The notes under the pieces: generated by a model
What the model saw: only the letters and a program-made list of their open reading frames with translations
Told to the model about the DNA's origin: nothing
The model's database searches: none
Made by a program: the position numbers and the translations under genes
In this document: positions 1 through 24,262 of the stretch, piece by piece
Layout: each line of letters starts with the position of its first letter
Numbering within the stretch: the stretch's first letter is position 1
NCBI GenBank assembly: GCA_963693365.1
Contig: CAVNZM010000003.1
Location: 3,977,106 to 4,041,105 of the forward strand
Length of the DNA stretch: 64,000 nucleotides
Direction of reading: 5' to 3'
Source: Amoebidium appalachense
Lineage: Eukaryota; Protista; Ichthyosporea

Positions 1-239
1 GAGGTAGGTGTAAACATGCATGGCTGTGGTGTGCAGCTTATGCGAGTTGATTGTGTGTGTTGCGTGTGTGATGTTGGCTTGGGGGTGGGGCAGGGAAGGA
101 CAGACACACACACGCACACACACACATACGCACACAGAGAGGGGGAGAGGGAGAGTGGTGAGGAAGGGAGAGAGAGATTGGAAGAGAGAGAGGACTTATA
201 CTACAGTGTATATGTGTATATATTGCTTTTGGGGTGGAG

Positions 240-311
<72 letters not shown>

Positions 312-525
312 AAGAGGAAGTGTCGGAAGGAAAGCAGTTTTGTGCTTTTTTGGGGGTAGGGGGGGGGGGGGGAGGCTCTGTGTTCGTGTATGGTTGTTTT
401 GTTTTATGAGAGTGCTTTATGAATAAGGAGGGAGCGGGGGCGTAGGGAAGAGGGGCCGGGGGAGGAAGGGGAGGGCATTGGAAAAGAAAGGTTTCGACGG
501 AAAGGAGGGGGTTCTCTCTTTTGCT

Positions 526-654
<129 letters not shown>

Positions 655-750
655 TTGTGTGTGTGGTTTACCTTGGTGCGCTCTTTAAAATGGGGAGGGG
701 GAGAGGGGAGATGCCGTGGAGTAGCAGGAGTAGCTTGAAAGAACGCGTAC

Positions 751-1035
751 CTGTACGGCCGAAAGGTAGGTGTCTGTAGCCCACGGTTACCCCCGGAAAG
801 GATGGTAGTTTTCAGGTGCCTCGTGCCCGTGTGCTTAGGGTCACTCTGGTCTCCCGGAGTTTGGACACCGTTTTTCTGGAGGCAATGCAAGTGTGTGGGC
901 AGGCATCCCACCTTTCTTTGTGAATAAAGTTGGGCCACTTGCTTGGCGGTGACATCATCCAGGACCACTTCATCTGCATCCGATGCTGGTAAGAACGGTT
1001 CCTCTAGCTCTTGCCCGTTAGGGCTGAGAGGGGAT
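751..1035 (-). CDS. Probable internal coding exon of an unidentified minus-strand gene running off the window start
   Basis: Open frame SPLSPNGQELEEPFLPASDADEVVLDDVTAKQVAQLYSQRKVGCLPTHLHCLQK...TFRPYR, bounded on the minus strand by acceptor ctgtacAG (1036-1037) and donor AG|GTAC (750). It is 285 nt, phase 2 to phase 2, and unique sequence between microsatellites. No recognisable domain. Confidence 0.45.
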
Positions 1036-3075
1036 CTGTACAGGTGTGAAGTTTAGGGGTGGGAGGGAATCTATATAGTTGGTTGGTGTGGCAGAAGGTC
1101 TACGAGAGACCAGAAGAAGCTTCCTCGTCACGGTTGCTATCGTTTGCTTGCGAGGGGAGGATGACGGGGGAGAATGACGGTGGTTTTTGCCAGGACTAGC
1201 CGCTTGCTTGTGTGTGCTTTTGGGGTTTCTGAGACAGCCTGGGTCCAGGGGTGTTCGTAGAACCTACCCTGTAACCCAGTATTTATATCCATAGAGCTTT
1301 TCGTGCTCAATTGGTTATGTGAGGGGTCACAACAACCACGTTTAGGTTTTTAAACGCATTCGTAGTGAGTTCGACAGACACCTTGTGAGAAGATTTCGCC
1401 AGTTTAGATATCTAGATCTCCCAGTAACAAGTCTTTTTGGAAAGCTCTTTGAACGAGCTCTGCTGTTTCTTCTTCACCGTGTGTGTGGAAACTAGACTCG
1501 CATAGAGAGTACAGAACCCCACTAGCGTCGTCAGAGGCAAAGCCAGCCTGGGCAGCTATGCCGAACGGAGCATCGTGGGTAATTATGGAATTACGTGCGT
1601 AACAGCTCATGTTTTTCTCGAGCTCATAGACACGTTGCGATAATAAATCACCTGTCTGTGAGGTTTATTCCTACAGAAGACACCTTTATTGTTACACAGC
1701 ACGCCAGCAACCCCCAAGCAAGGTCTTGCTCCGTAGTCAGATATATTATGTAGTTGCTCAAGGTTTGAGGCAAGGTTTCAACGGCATGATGTCGCTGGGC
1801 GGCCGCCCGTTCGATTCGAATTTTAGTCGTTCAGCCTGAAAAATGCCGCCTCAAAACCACGGCTCTCTAGGACCGCACTCTCCCAATAGTACAAATCTCT
1901 TGCAACGGCGGTCATTGACACTTAAACAGGTTCTTTTTCATTCAAAAAGGTAGTCCTTGCAAACCTTTGTTTGTGTTTCATATTATGGTGTGAAAAAAAA
2001 ACGGTGATAATCGAGCACCGACGACGCAAACTGCTGGCTAAGCCAGACCTTGACGAAACAGTACAGTTTACCGAGAGTGTGCCAAATCGGAAAATGCCGA
2101 ACGAAAAAGGGTCAACCGAGTAGCCCTTTATGGGGCGCTACCTGCCAAATAAGGCGCGTTTGAATTGGCGAATTACCATTGGGTGCCGCCTTCCATTATG
2201 CTTGCCAGTTTGCCATGCATCGAATATTCATTCATTCAGTGCGGCAACAGACTGTGGCACTGTGTCACACTCAGCTGCAGTGTTGACATGGCAATTCGTG
2301 TGTGAATGTAGTGTAGTTTAGTATTGCTTTGCCCTTATTTCTAATAGTAATTTGGTGTGCAAAGAAAGCAACGAATCATTTATGCTGAAATTCGAAAGAC
2401 CCTCCCGAATATTACGGAGCTCCCCCCGCTTTCAAGGCCACGCATGGCCATGGACGTTCGGGTGCTCCACGTACACGACTTGACTGCTTGTGACAAAGTC
2501 TGCGGGCCGGTTCGCTGTACCGTACGTACATTGTGTGACCACCCCACCGGCCGGGGTCTCATTGAGCGGGAGGAGGGGCATCATTCGGGATTCAAAGGAT
2601 TCAAAGATTTTTGTGTGTGTGGGTGTGTGTACATAATGTGTGTGTGTGTGTTGGGGTGGGGAAGGGGAGGGGGAGGGGAGAGGAGGGGAGGGGGGGGAGG
2701 GGACACCTTTGTATGCGTGCATAATGATGTGTAGGGTGAGGGGAGGGGGGGTAGGATCAGAGGTGAGTGGTCTCCGTTTCCACAGGTCATGTTTATTTTT
2801 CATATAGGCCTCCTTCTTGAGTTTGAAACTTTATAATTACGAATACCGTTGGGACAACAACTATGTAACCAGAACTGTCCGTTTTCATAAACTACACCAA
2901 ACTACGACGTGACTATTATTTCCTCTACTGATACCGCATACATTCATTAGTATCAAGATGCATAGACACACCAATTCTTTGATAAATAACAAAAAGATTG
3001 AGATTCAACACAAAACATTCGCAACGGCCCGCAGATATGCCGGCTTGTGTCCCATTGTTGTGCTTGAACATGTCG

Positions 3076-5155
3076 TTAAGCAAAGCCCAGTTCTGTCACC
3101 ATACGTACACTCAGATCTCTCAGCTCCTCTCTGCAAGCCTCCACGTCCCAGCTCGGATATGACTTCTGTAGGCCTTCTTTGATGTGCCGCAGGGTAACAT
3201 CTCTGCCCACTGTGACAAGGAAAAACTGTCATGAGTTTGGCATAGCTTGTTATACTAGCAAGCACCCGCTGTATGTAGGGCATTCTCGTGCTCGGCAATG
3301 AAAGGAACCAATACCGTAATAAGGAGAGGCGCCCCCTGCATACATGGGTCTCAATCATGCGAACGGAGAAACAGGAAGAAAAAGACCCCAAAAAATAATA
3401 GACTAGATAGACTGAGTGACAGCGCTCACCTTCAAGGATGATCTTCTCCACGGCAGCTTCGAGGTTCTCTGGCGTTGGCGCAATCTTGTGTTTCTTGCTA
3501 GGGTTGCCGTCACACGAATCTTCCCCTGTTTTATGTAGGGCAGATGAGGAGGGGAAACATGGCCAAACACGGCAGAACTACTCTCCACACTGTTCACCGT
3601 TCAACCCTAACCCTCCCTCTTTTTATTTCTCTCTCTATCTGTCTCTCTCCCCTCCCCCCCTCTCTTTGTGTGTGTGTGTGCCACAATGGTTCGCAAGGAA
3701 CAGGGCGCCGGGGGGGGGGGGGGGGGAAAGGGGGGCTGGTAACCGCTGGTTGGCTGGTAAGCAGAGAATCAGAAACCGGGCGTGGTAAATTGGCTGGAAA
3801 AACGAAGATCCGTGGGGATAGGGTTTACAGGAGTAAGCAACTGTGTGGGAATGCTAACGGCCACACCTACTTGTGTACTCCGGGTCTGGCCGGCCTCGCT
3901 TTGTAGAGACTTCCGAGCAGACTGCCGGGCTCGACTGCGCAGTAAATGCGGCATTAGAGACCTATAGATATGTGGAATCTTTCTAAAAACGAGTAAACGA
4001 AGTGGTGGTTTCTAACGGTGGCACAGCTGTAAGCATCCCTGCTCTGAAACATGCACCCGCACCCAAACAGAGTGTGTATATACAAGTACGTCGGCTTTCG
4101 TGAATGGTTCTGGCAAAAGACAAAGGCAATGGTGTACCCAGTTCTTCTTTATCGGCTTGATCTTGCACGAGAATAGCATTCATGGTAGGGGGAGAGATCT
4201 AGACATAGCCTTGTAGTTTCTTTCTTTCTTTGGGGGGAGGGGGGGGGGGGGGGGGGGGAGGGGGGGGGGAAGGAACAAGGAGAAGGGAAAGAGGGGGGGG
4301 GGAGGTGGTGGTGGTGGTGGTGATGGTGGGGTGGGGTGGAGGGGAGGGCAAGTGCAAGGACAAGGGAAAGGGGGGAGAGGGGGAGGGGGCGGGCGGGGGG
4401 GAGGGGGGGGGGGGGGGGGGGTAAGAATCATAAGATCTTTTGAGGGGCAGGAAAGGAAGAAAAAGCGATAGAGATACAGGCAGAGAGGGGCGGGTCAGGG
4501 GGGGGAGGGGGGCGTAGAGGGGGGAGGGGGGGAGCAAAAGAGGAGGCGGAAGTGGGGCCCGGTAGAACGAGTGTGCGGGTTTATGTGTTTGCCTGCGCAT
4601 GAGAGAGATTCAACGGTGCGTGTGTGCGCGTGTGCGTGTGTGAGCACACTTTTTGTTGGGTGCTGCTCTGCTATATTTTATGGTGTGAGCACTGTTCGTC
4701 CATGTTCTCTTTTTAGAGATTGCGTGGTGTACTCTTTTACAAGAAGATCGTAACGAGAGAATAAAATCCTACACAATAACGACAAGAAGTCGTGCCCTTA
4801 AACAAGCCCAATGACTACACACTGCTATCCACAAACCTTTCACGTCTAATGTTGAGGAAAAGCTCACCGTTTCGTTTCTGGAGCTGGCAGTGCCCGTCCC
4901 TTTTCCTGCCGTTTTCTCACGTTTGGCCACCTCTGTTTCTCTTTGAAACACTCCCTCTTCTCTTCTAACGACGGTTTTCTCACGGTTCTGAATCTCTTTC
5001 TCCCTCTGCGCTATCGCAAGCTCCCACATGCGCATAATCTCCAGAAGCATAGCCTGCTTTTCATGACCGTTTTCAGAGCCTTTGCTCATGTCGTCAATCA
5101 TTCCCTCCACAAGATGAGCGGTTTCAGTAAGGTTGAGTGTCGAAAGGAGCCTCAT
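3076..5155 (-). CDS. Multi-exon gene: coiled-coil protein with C-terminal DEK_C-like domain (5' end unresolved, may extend to about 6000)
   Basis: Minus-strand exons 4868-5155 (coiled coil WELAIAQREKEIQNREKTVVRREE), one starting at 4198 (end unresolved), 3871-3934, 3430-3525 and 3076-3209 (stop TAA). The last three join in phase to give ...KKHKIAPTPENLEAAVEKIILEVGRDVTLRHIKEGLQKSYPSWDVEACREELRDLSVRMVTELGFA*. This matches the DEK C-terminal pattern PTxxxL...I..IL...VTxx.I...L...YP..D. Confidence 0.65.
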
Positions 5156-7030
5156 CTGAAAGAGAGTGCTCTAGTTAGCACTGACTTCGTTTTAGTAACG
5201 TCTCACAAGTTCCATAACTGTCTGAAGAGGTTTTCCCTTTTCAAGGTTATTTTGCACAAAAACTCTAGAACGGTTAAAAAGGGATTATATATCCATTGAC
5301 CCATGTAAGGATCAACCCCCATCAACTCATCAAACCATAAATTTTGCTTTTGCAATTCCTTATGTAGAAACTTGTCAACCCCTGTAAGGTTGGAGGGGGG
5401 AAAAGTGTTACCAGAAGGAATGAGGGGGAGGAGAAAAGAAAACATGTGGAAACAGATGATATGGATATAAAACGCGGACATTATTCTTACCTTTGTGTTT
5501 ACTAGGCAGCAGCGAAACGTGTATTTGTTTGGTGCAGTATAACAGGAATTGCTCGGCCCAGTAAGCTCCCAACGGTATACTCTTATGACTTCTTAGGGTT
5601 TGGTGTTAGGCCTTTTCGCTCTGCCATATAAAAATGTGCACTGCCTGTTGGTGTACGTGTACACATGCATTTGTAGCTCTATGCATAAATTTTTTTTTTA
5701 TAAGCTTTCTGTGGGCTTTCATTGCAAAGGTGCACGTGTGTGTAAGGCTCAGCAGGTTGAAGGGTCCTGGAGTCAGCAACACTGAAGTAGTTTTCTCGTT
5801 TTGATAGGTCTCGCTCCGAATATGCTTGGATCTTAGAGGAATTAGTTTGCATTCCTTACAGATATTTTGCTGCAACTGTGACCCCTAAATGCTGTTCATT
5901 CCAAAATAAACGTGCGTAGTGAGCGCTTTTGAGAAAGATGGGTACGAATTCGAACGTTGCTTTCTGCGAGACAACAAAAGAGTTTGTCGACGTCTGGAGG
6001 CATTTATCCAAAAATTGCCCGCCAAAATCTTATTGTATCCAATACTAAAGCAAAAGGTATAGCCAAATAAAGCGAACTTTGTTTAACGTTCGGTTCGGGT
6101 GTTTTTGGTTCGGGTTTAAAAACCCTGATTGTCCTAGGACCAGAACCACCTACTGCTATGTAAGCACGAGTTATGGTGCATGTTTTCTTAAATCCGTCAA
6201 AAAGTAATTTGTCTTTAATACAGATCATAGTAATAATGCTTTTGTATAGTATGAAAAAAAGCTACGTATCTGTGAGTAAACACAGGGTATGCATATGCAC
6301 AGCTCGTGGCTCATATACCTCTTCCTGAGCCGTAACAACTTGGCCCGAATCGAACATGGATGTCACAGTTACGGGGTGAGCCGCTGGCCCGATCGCCAAA
6401 GGCTCAATGAGTCAACGACGACTCAACAATGACTCAAAGGCCCTCCCTTGAAACTTGGCCTGGCACAAGTCTCGAAAACGAAGAAAGTGCTGACTTGAGG
6501 GCGAGAGGGAATTGGTTCCAGGGTTAGAGTAAGGCTAAAGCTTAGGACAAAGTGCCTATGAAAGCAATAGCTCGATTTGGGTTTGAACTTTTTTTTTTTT
6601 TTTTTTTTTTTTTTTGGACTGCTTTATCAAGGGCCGGTCCTTGAAGCCTTCCTACTTTATTGTAGACCCGCCGGTTTCCAACGATGTGTTGCAATTAGCA
6701 GGAGCAGCTCTAATGTAGAGTAAAAGAACCTGTGTTATTGGAGGTTGGCTCTTTAGACAAGGTGTCCGCTAATTCTGATGGCAATCTAACTGCAGTGGGC
6801 TCTGGGGCATATAAACGTACAGTTTTTATTGTAACGACCATAACGGTTGTGATAGATATCCATTAGTAACGCGAGGCCCTTGATAAGGCAACAGTGGCAC
6901 CCGATATTGTGGTTGGTGCATTCTGATGAAAAAAGATACAAAGAAACACATATAACCTGTCTTGGAGTTCCGTACGAGCGGAACCCATCCTACACCATGA
7001 GTAAACCGGTATGTGCGACTCAGATCTCTC

Positions 7031-7859
7031 TTACTGCTCATGATCATGAAGGGTATTTGCTCTGGAAGAAAGATGTTGCTTTCTGTTTGCAATGGTTTTC
7101 TTCCACTGCCAGCATTCTTCTATTTTGTTTAAATCTTTGCATCTGAAAATTTTTGTGCAGGTCCACCTCTTGAACCTTCCCTCGTCTGTCTTTGAGTCTG
7201 GATCGCCCTGTTGTAATTGCCGTCCCCCCCTCCCCTCTCCCATCCCTCCCTCCCTCCCTCCCCCCCCCCCCCCCCCCCCACCTGGCTCAATGGGACGGCT
7301 TTTTGTGATGGGCGAAGGTCATGTGATGGACTAAGGTCATGTCCTCTGTTTTTTAACCTTACATGGTCTGTTAATCCTACGTTCTAGTTACCATTGCCAG
7401 GAAGTCAGCAACTTCCAAGTACGACACAAAGTTCATCAAACGGTGAGTCTTTTCACAATGCGCTTTTTTGTGGCAGGAACGAAGCGCTGCATGGAGAAAA
7501 AAATGTTTGTTGCAAAAAGACAATTCACCCCCCAAAGACAATTCAGCCCCCCCCCCCCCCCCCCCCCCCCCCTCCCCCCCCCCCCCCCCCCCCCCCCCCT
7601 CCCCCCTCTCCCCCCCCTCCCCCTCCCCCCCCCCCCCCCCCAAAAAAAAAAAAAAAAAAAAAAAGAAAAGGGAGGAAAAGAAATAGGCATCTTCCCTCTC
7701 GCATTTTTTCTGGCCTGGTTAAACTAGCACCTCTTTTTACAACCTTTGTTGGAAATGCTTTGGGAGTTTATTAAAGCTGTGTTTATTCTTTCTTCTCATT
7801 AATTGTGCTGTGGTGGTGGTGGTGGTGAAGGTCGTGGTGGTCGTGGTGGGTGGAGTTTT

Positions 7860-7948
<89 letters not shown>

Positions 7949-7975
7949 CCCTCCCTCCCTCCCTCCCTCCCTCCC

Positions 7976-8035
<60 letters not shown>

Positions 8036-8201
8036 CTCCCTCCCTCCCTCCCTCCCTCCCTCCCTCCCTCCCTCCCTCCCTCCCTCCCTCCCTCCCTCCC
8101 TCCCTCCCTCCCTCCCTCCCTCCCTCCCTCCCTCCCTCCCTCCCTCCCTCCCTCCCTCCCTCCCTCCCTCCCTCCCTCCCTCCCTCTCTCTCTCCCTCCC
8201 T

Positions 8202-8256
<55 letters not shown>

Positions 8257-9076
8257 GGGGGGGGGGGGGGGAGGTGAGGTGATGGCCGGAGGAGGGAGGC
8301 GGAGGTATGGGGAAGGGTGTTGTGGGGTGGTGGTGTGTGTGTGTGCGTGTGTGTGCGCGCGCGCGTGTGGGGAGAGGGGGAGAGGGGGGGGGGGGGGGGG
8401 AGGGGGGGGGGGGGGGGGGGAGGTCGCGGAGGGGAAGAGATTGTAGAATGAAGGAAATCTTGTAGAAGAGATGACGGATACCAAATAACGTTGTGACTGC
8501 ATTGTGAACGGCTGTTGATGAGTCGAGGATAAAGAAAGGTGGAAAGGAAAGGACTGTGTGCTACGGATTTTCGGGGGTGAATGGGCTGGGTGGGTGGCGG
8601 GAAGAGGGGGGGGGGTGGGAGGGGGGGAGGGAGGGGGAATGGTAGGATGGTGGAGGGGCGCGGGGGAGGGAGGGGGAAGGGGAGAGGGTGGGGACGGACG
8701 GGAGGATGGGATGGCGGCTGGGAGCTGTGGTGGTGAGGGGAAGGAGGGTGAGTGGGTGGGTGAGGGGGGGGAGGAAGGAATGATTTTGTGGATACACTAA
8801 GTCAAAAAGCAGCAGGGCTGTTCGTCTTGTTAGAAAGGAAAGATGGGGGGGGAGGGGGAGGTGGGGTTGTTTTTTTTTTCTTTCTTTTTTTTGCCCCTCC
8901 GTGATAATAGTTTATGGAAGCGTTTTCTGATAGTGTGATGGCAGCGCTAGGTCCAGGTGTAAGGTTGAATGTTTCCCTGTCCGGGGCAAGGTCACAGAGT
9001 ATGCCTACAGTACCTGTTGTGAACGCGCCCAAGAATAGCCCAAGGTGAGGAACAGTTTCAACATCATTTTTAAAAC
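7031..9076 (-). CDS. Probable small multi-exon gene of unknown function, divergent from the TBC gene
   Basis: Minus-strand exons 7392-7486 (ALRSCHKKAHCEKTHRLMNFVSYLEVADFLAM, AG/GT bounded) and 7031-7207 (GDPDSKTDEGRFKRWTC...HDHEQ*) join in phase 0. Further AG/GT-bounded unique islands lie near 7730-7775 and 9013-9076. No homology recognised. Confidence 0.35.
7863..8252. repeat. Representative compound microsatellite (CT)n-(CCCT)n-poly-C; such tracts occur throughout the window
   Basis: Directly visible. Similar (CA)n, (GT)n, (GA)n, (GCGT)n and poly-G/C tracts fill nearly all introns. Confidence 0.95.
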
Positions 9077-9137
9077 TGTGAAGATACATCACAAATAGGT
9101 GCATGCGCGTGCGTGCGCACACACGCGCGTGTGTGTG

Positions 9138-9175
<38 letters not shown>

Positions 9176-9666
9176 CACATGCGTGCACAACCTCACACAC
9201 GCACACACACACACACACAAACACACACCCTCCCCCCTCCTACCCATATCCCCCCCCTCCCCCCTCCCCCCCTCCCCCCATTCCCCCCCGACTTTTACTC
9301 CCCCCTTCCCCCCTTCTCTGAGTGACACTGCCGCCAGACACACATGCACACACCCACACCGGCACACAGGTGCACCCCCCCTTGGGCCCCCTAGGCTATG
9401 CTTATTGTTCATACTCCATGCATGGTTTGTACTCTGCATTGTGTTGTCCATTACACATGTGTACTTACTACACTATAACACACACTACCCCCCCCCCCCC
9501 CCCCCCCCCCCCGGCGCGCCCCGCGCTCCCCCTCCCCCCCCCCTTCCCTCTCAACCCCCTTTGCCCTTCTTTATTGGGGGGAAGGGGGGGGGGGGGAGGG
9601 GGAGGGGGGAACAGATGAAAATACTCTGAAAATTGCCAATTCATTTATTTGATAAGCTGGGTTGCA

Positions 9667-21985
<12,319 letters not shown>

Positions 21986-23438
21986 AACCCCCCCCCCCCC
22001 CCCCCCCCCCGGCTCCCAATCTCTCTCTCCCCCCTTCTCGCCCTCTCTCTCTCTCCTTTGCGCTTCTCCTCTATCTGTCTCTCTCCCTCTCTCCTTCCAC
22101 CTCTCCCTCTCTCTGTCCCCCCCCCCCCCCCCCCCCCCCCCGTTCTTTCTGTCTCCCCACCCCCTTCCCCCCCCGTTCTTTCTGTCCCCCCTCTCCCCCC
22201 CCCCCCCCCCCCCCCCCCCCTTACTCTTTGCGCCCATCCTCATCTAGTTCCTTCCCGTCACCATCCACACGCGCAATGGAAAAAGAGCAGGGGGAAAGTG
22301 TAAGTGTGACGGACAGTGGCAGACACAAACACGCGTGAATTAATAGAGCCACAGCTAAACCCATACATAGAGAAACGGCGCACGGCACACTAGAAAGAAC
22401 ATCATGTACATTTTTGATATGTTTGGCGGCTAGCATGGAGTTCCGCCCATCTTGCTCGTCTTCTGGTATGAATGCATATGTGCCGTGTATAATTGATCCT
22501 GTACAGTTTTGTTTTGCAAGCAGCCGACTTTTTTGTGGGGGCCACCAACGGGGGGGGGGGGGGGGGGGGGGGGGACAGTCTTTTCCTCCTCGATCTCTCT
22601 TTAATACCTGGTAGGGTGGTACTTTCTGCGACTGGAAAATTTTAAATCGAGAACGCAAATCTCATGTATCGGAAGTCATTTTGCAGCAGCCTGTACGATG
22701 TGTTATGATGGTCTTATTATGCAGTTGGTATTGGCCTGTTGTGATCACCGTTTTGTGGTGCGACATTTCCTTTTATGGAAGTACATCACGTGTATGCGTG
22801 GAAGGTTATTGAATGAATGTCGAGCTGAGGATTATACTACGTTTAGGATCAAACGGCTATTTTATTTAACTCAACTCCAATGTCTTTTCATGTGCTAGTA
22901 GCAAGGGATACCATGAAATTTCCATCCTGTAGTCGTATATATGAGGCTTTGAAGCCCTAATTGTCTTTCTGTATGCATAATATATTATTCGAATTATTCC
23001 TTATTAATGTACATGCTATCTGCCTCGATCTCAGGTGCAGATAGAATAAACAGACACAGCACTAGCAGACACTTCTTTCTGCCATGCACACGCGCACACA
23101 GTGTCACAGACACACACGACGTCACCATGTGCACACGCGTGACAGTGTCAGTTCTTTGTAACACACAAGCATATGATTTCAGCAGTGGACCGTACACACG
23201 CTCTAACACATGCACAGTGCCATGGCACACACACACACAGACACACACACACGCACAGTGTCACAGTGTCACACATACACACACATATTACACCCACACA
23301 CACGCACACGCACACACCACACACAGTGTCACACGTACACACACGCGCACACCACACACGCACACCACACACGCACCGCACACAGACAGACACACAGTGA
23401 CACGCCGACACAGACACACACACACACACACACGGAAG

Positions 23439-23531
<93 letters not shown>

Positions 23532-24143
23532 CCCCCCCCTAAACAAATCAAAATGTGACAGTACAGACTGCAGCTGTCTCATATGCATGAGAGTGGAAGT
23601 CAGTATGCACAATCTTGCCAAGCACATTTACCAGACTTACTCCACAGTCTCACATGTATGCACACACATGCTGCAGACTGAGGAGTCACGGGCAAACGGG
23701 AGGGACTGGGAATAATATGATCTACATACGTATTTTATTTTTATTTTTGTAGCTTTGGCTTTCGCATCAACGATCCAAAAGCTTATATTGCATGATCTAT
23801 TATGCAATGTACAGCAACGGTTCGATATAAATGTTTTCTCTTTCATGAGTTGTGTTTCAGGAAAATACATGTGCTTATTTGTCATTTGAGGAAGACCATA
23901 TTTGCAGGGACATGTAAAATAGGGGTTTACGCTGTTTACTCGAGGCAAAGAGAGACCAGTGTCAGGTATGGGGGGTTTTTGCTCGGAATATCCCCTCAGC
24001 GGTATATCATGATCACGTACATAGATGTCGGGTGATGACTACAAACAGGGTTTACTTTCTCTACGACACACCATAAAGACAAAGAAAATTCAATTAGTTG
24101 GGGTTCCCCGTTTTTTTTTGTTTTTTTTGTTTTTTTTGTTTTT

Positions 24144-24175
<32 letters not shown>

Positions 24176-24201
24176 TCCCTGGGACACTCGGTATCAGCTG
24201 G

Positions 24202-24261
<60 letters not shown>

Positions 24262-24262
<1 letters not shown>

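Noticed and set aside
1404-1610. 68-aa minus-strand ORF as a separate gene or as the first exon of the 751-1035 gene
   Set aside because: Composition is plausible, but no convincing in-phase splice path or homology was found.
6730-7120. Alternative minus-strand exons extending the 7-9 kb gene (KNAGSGRKPLQ...PTAVRLPSELAD)
   Set aside because: It needs a weak donor and competes with a simpler in-phase terminal exon ending at 7031. It cannot be decided without transcripts.
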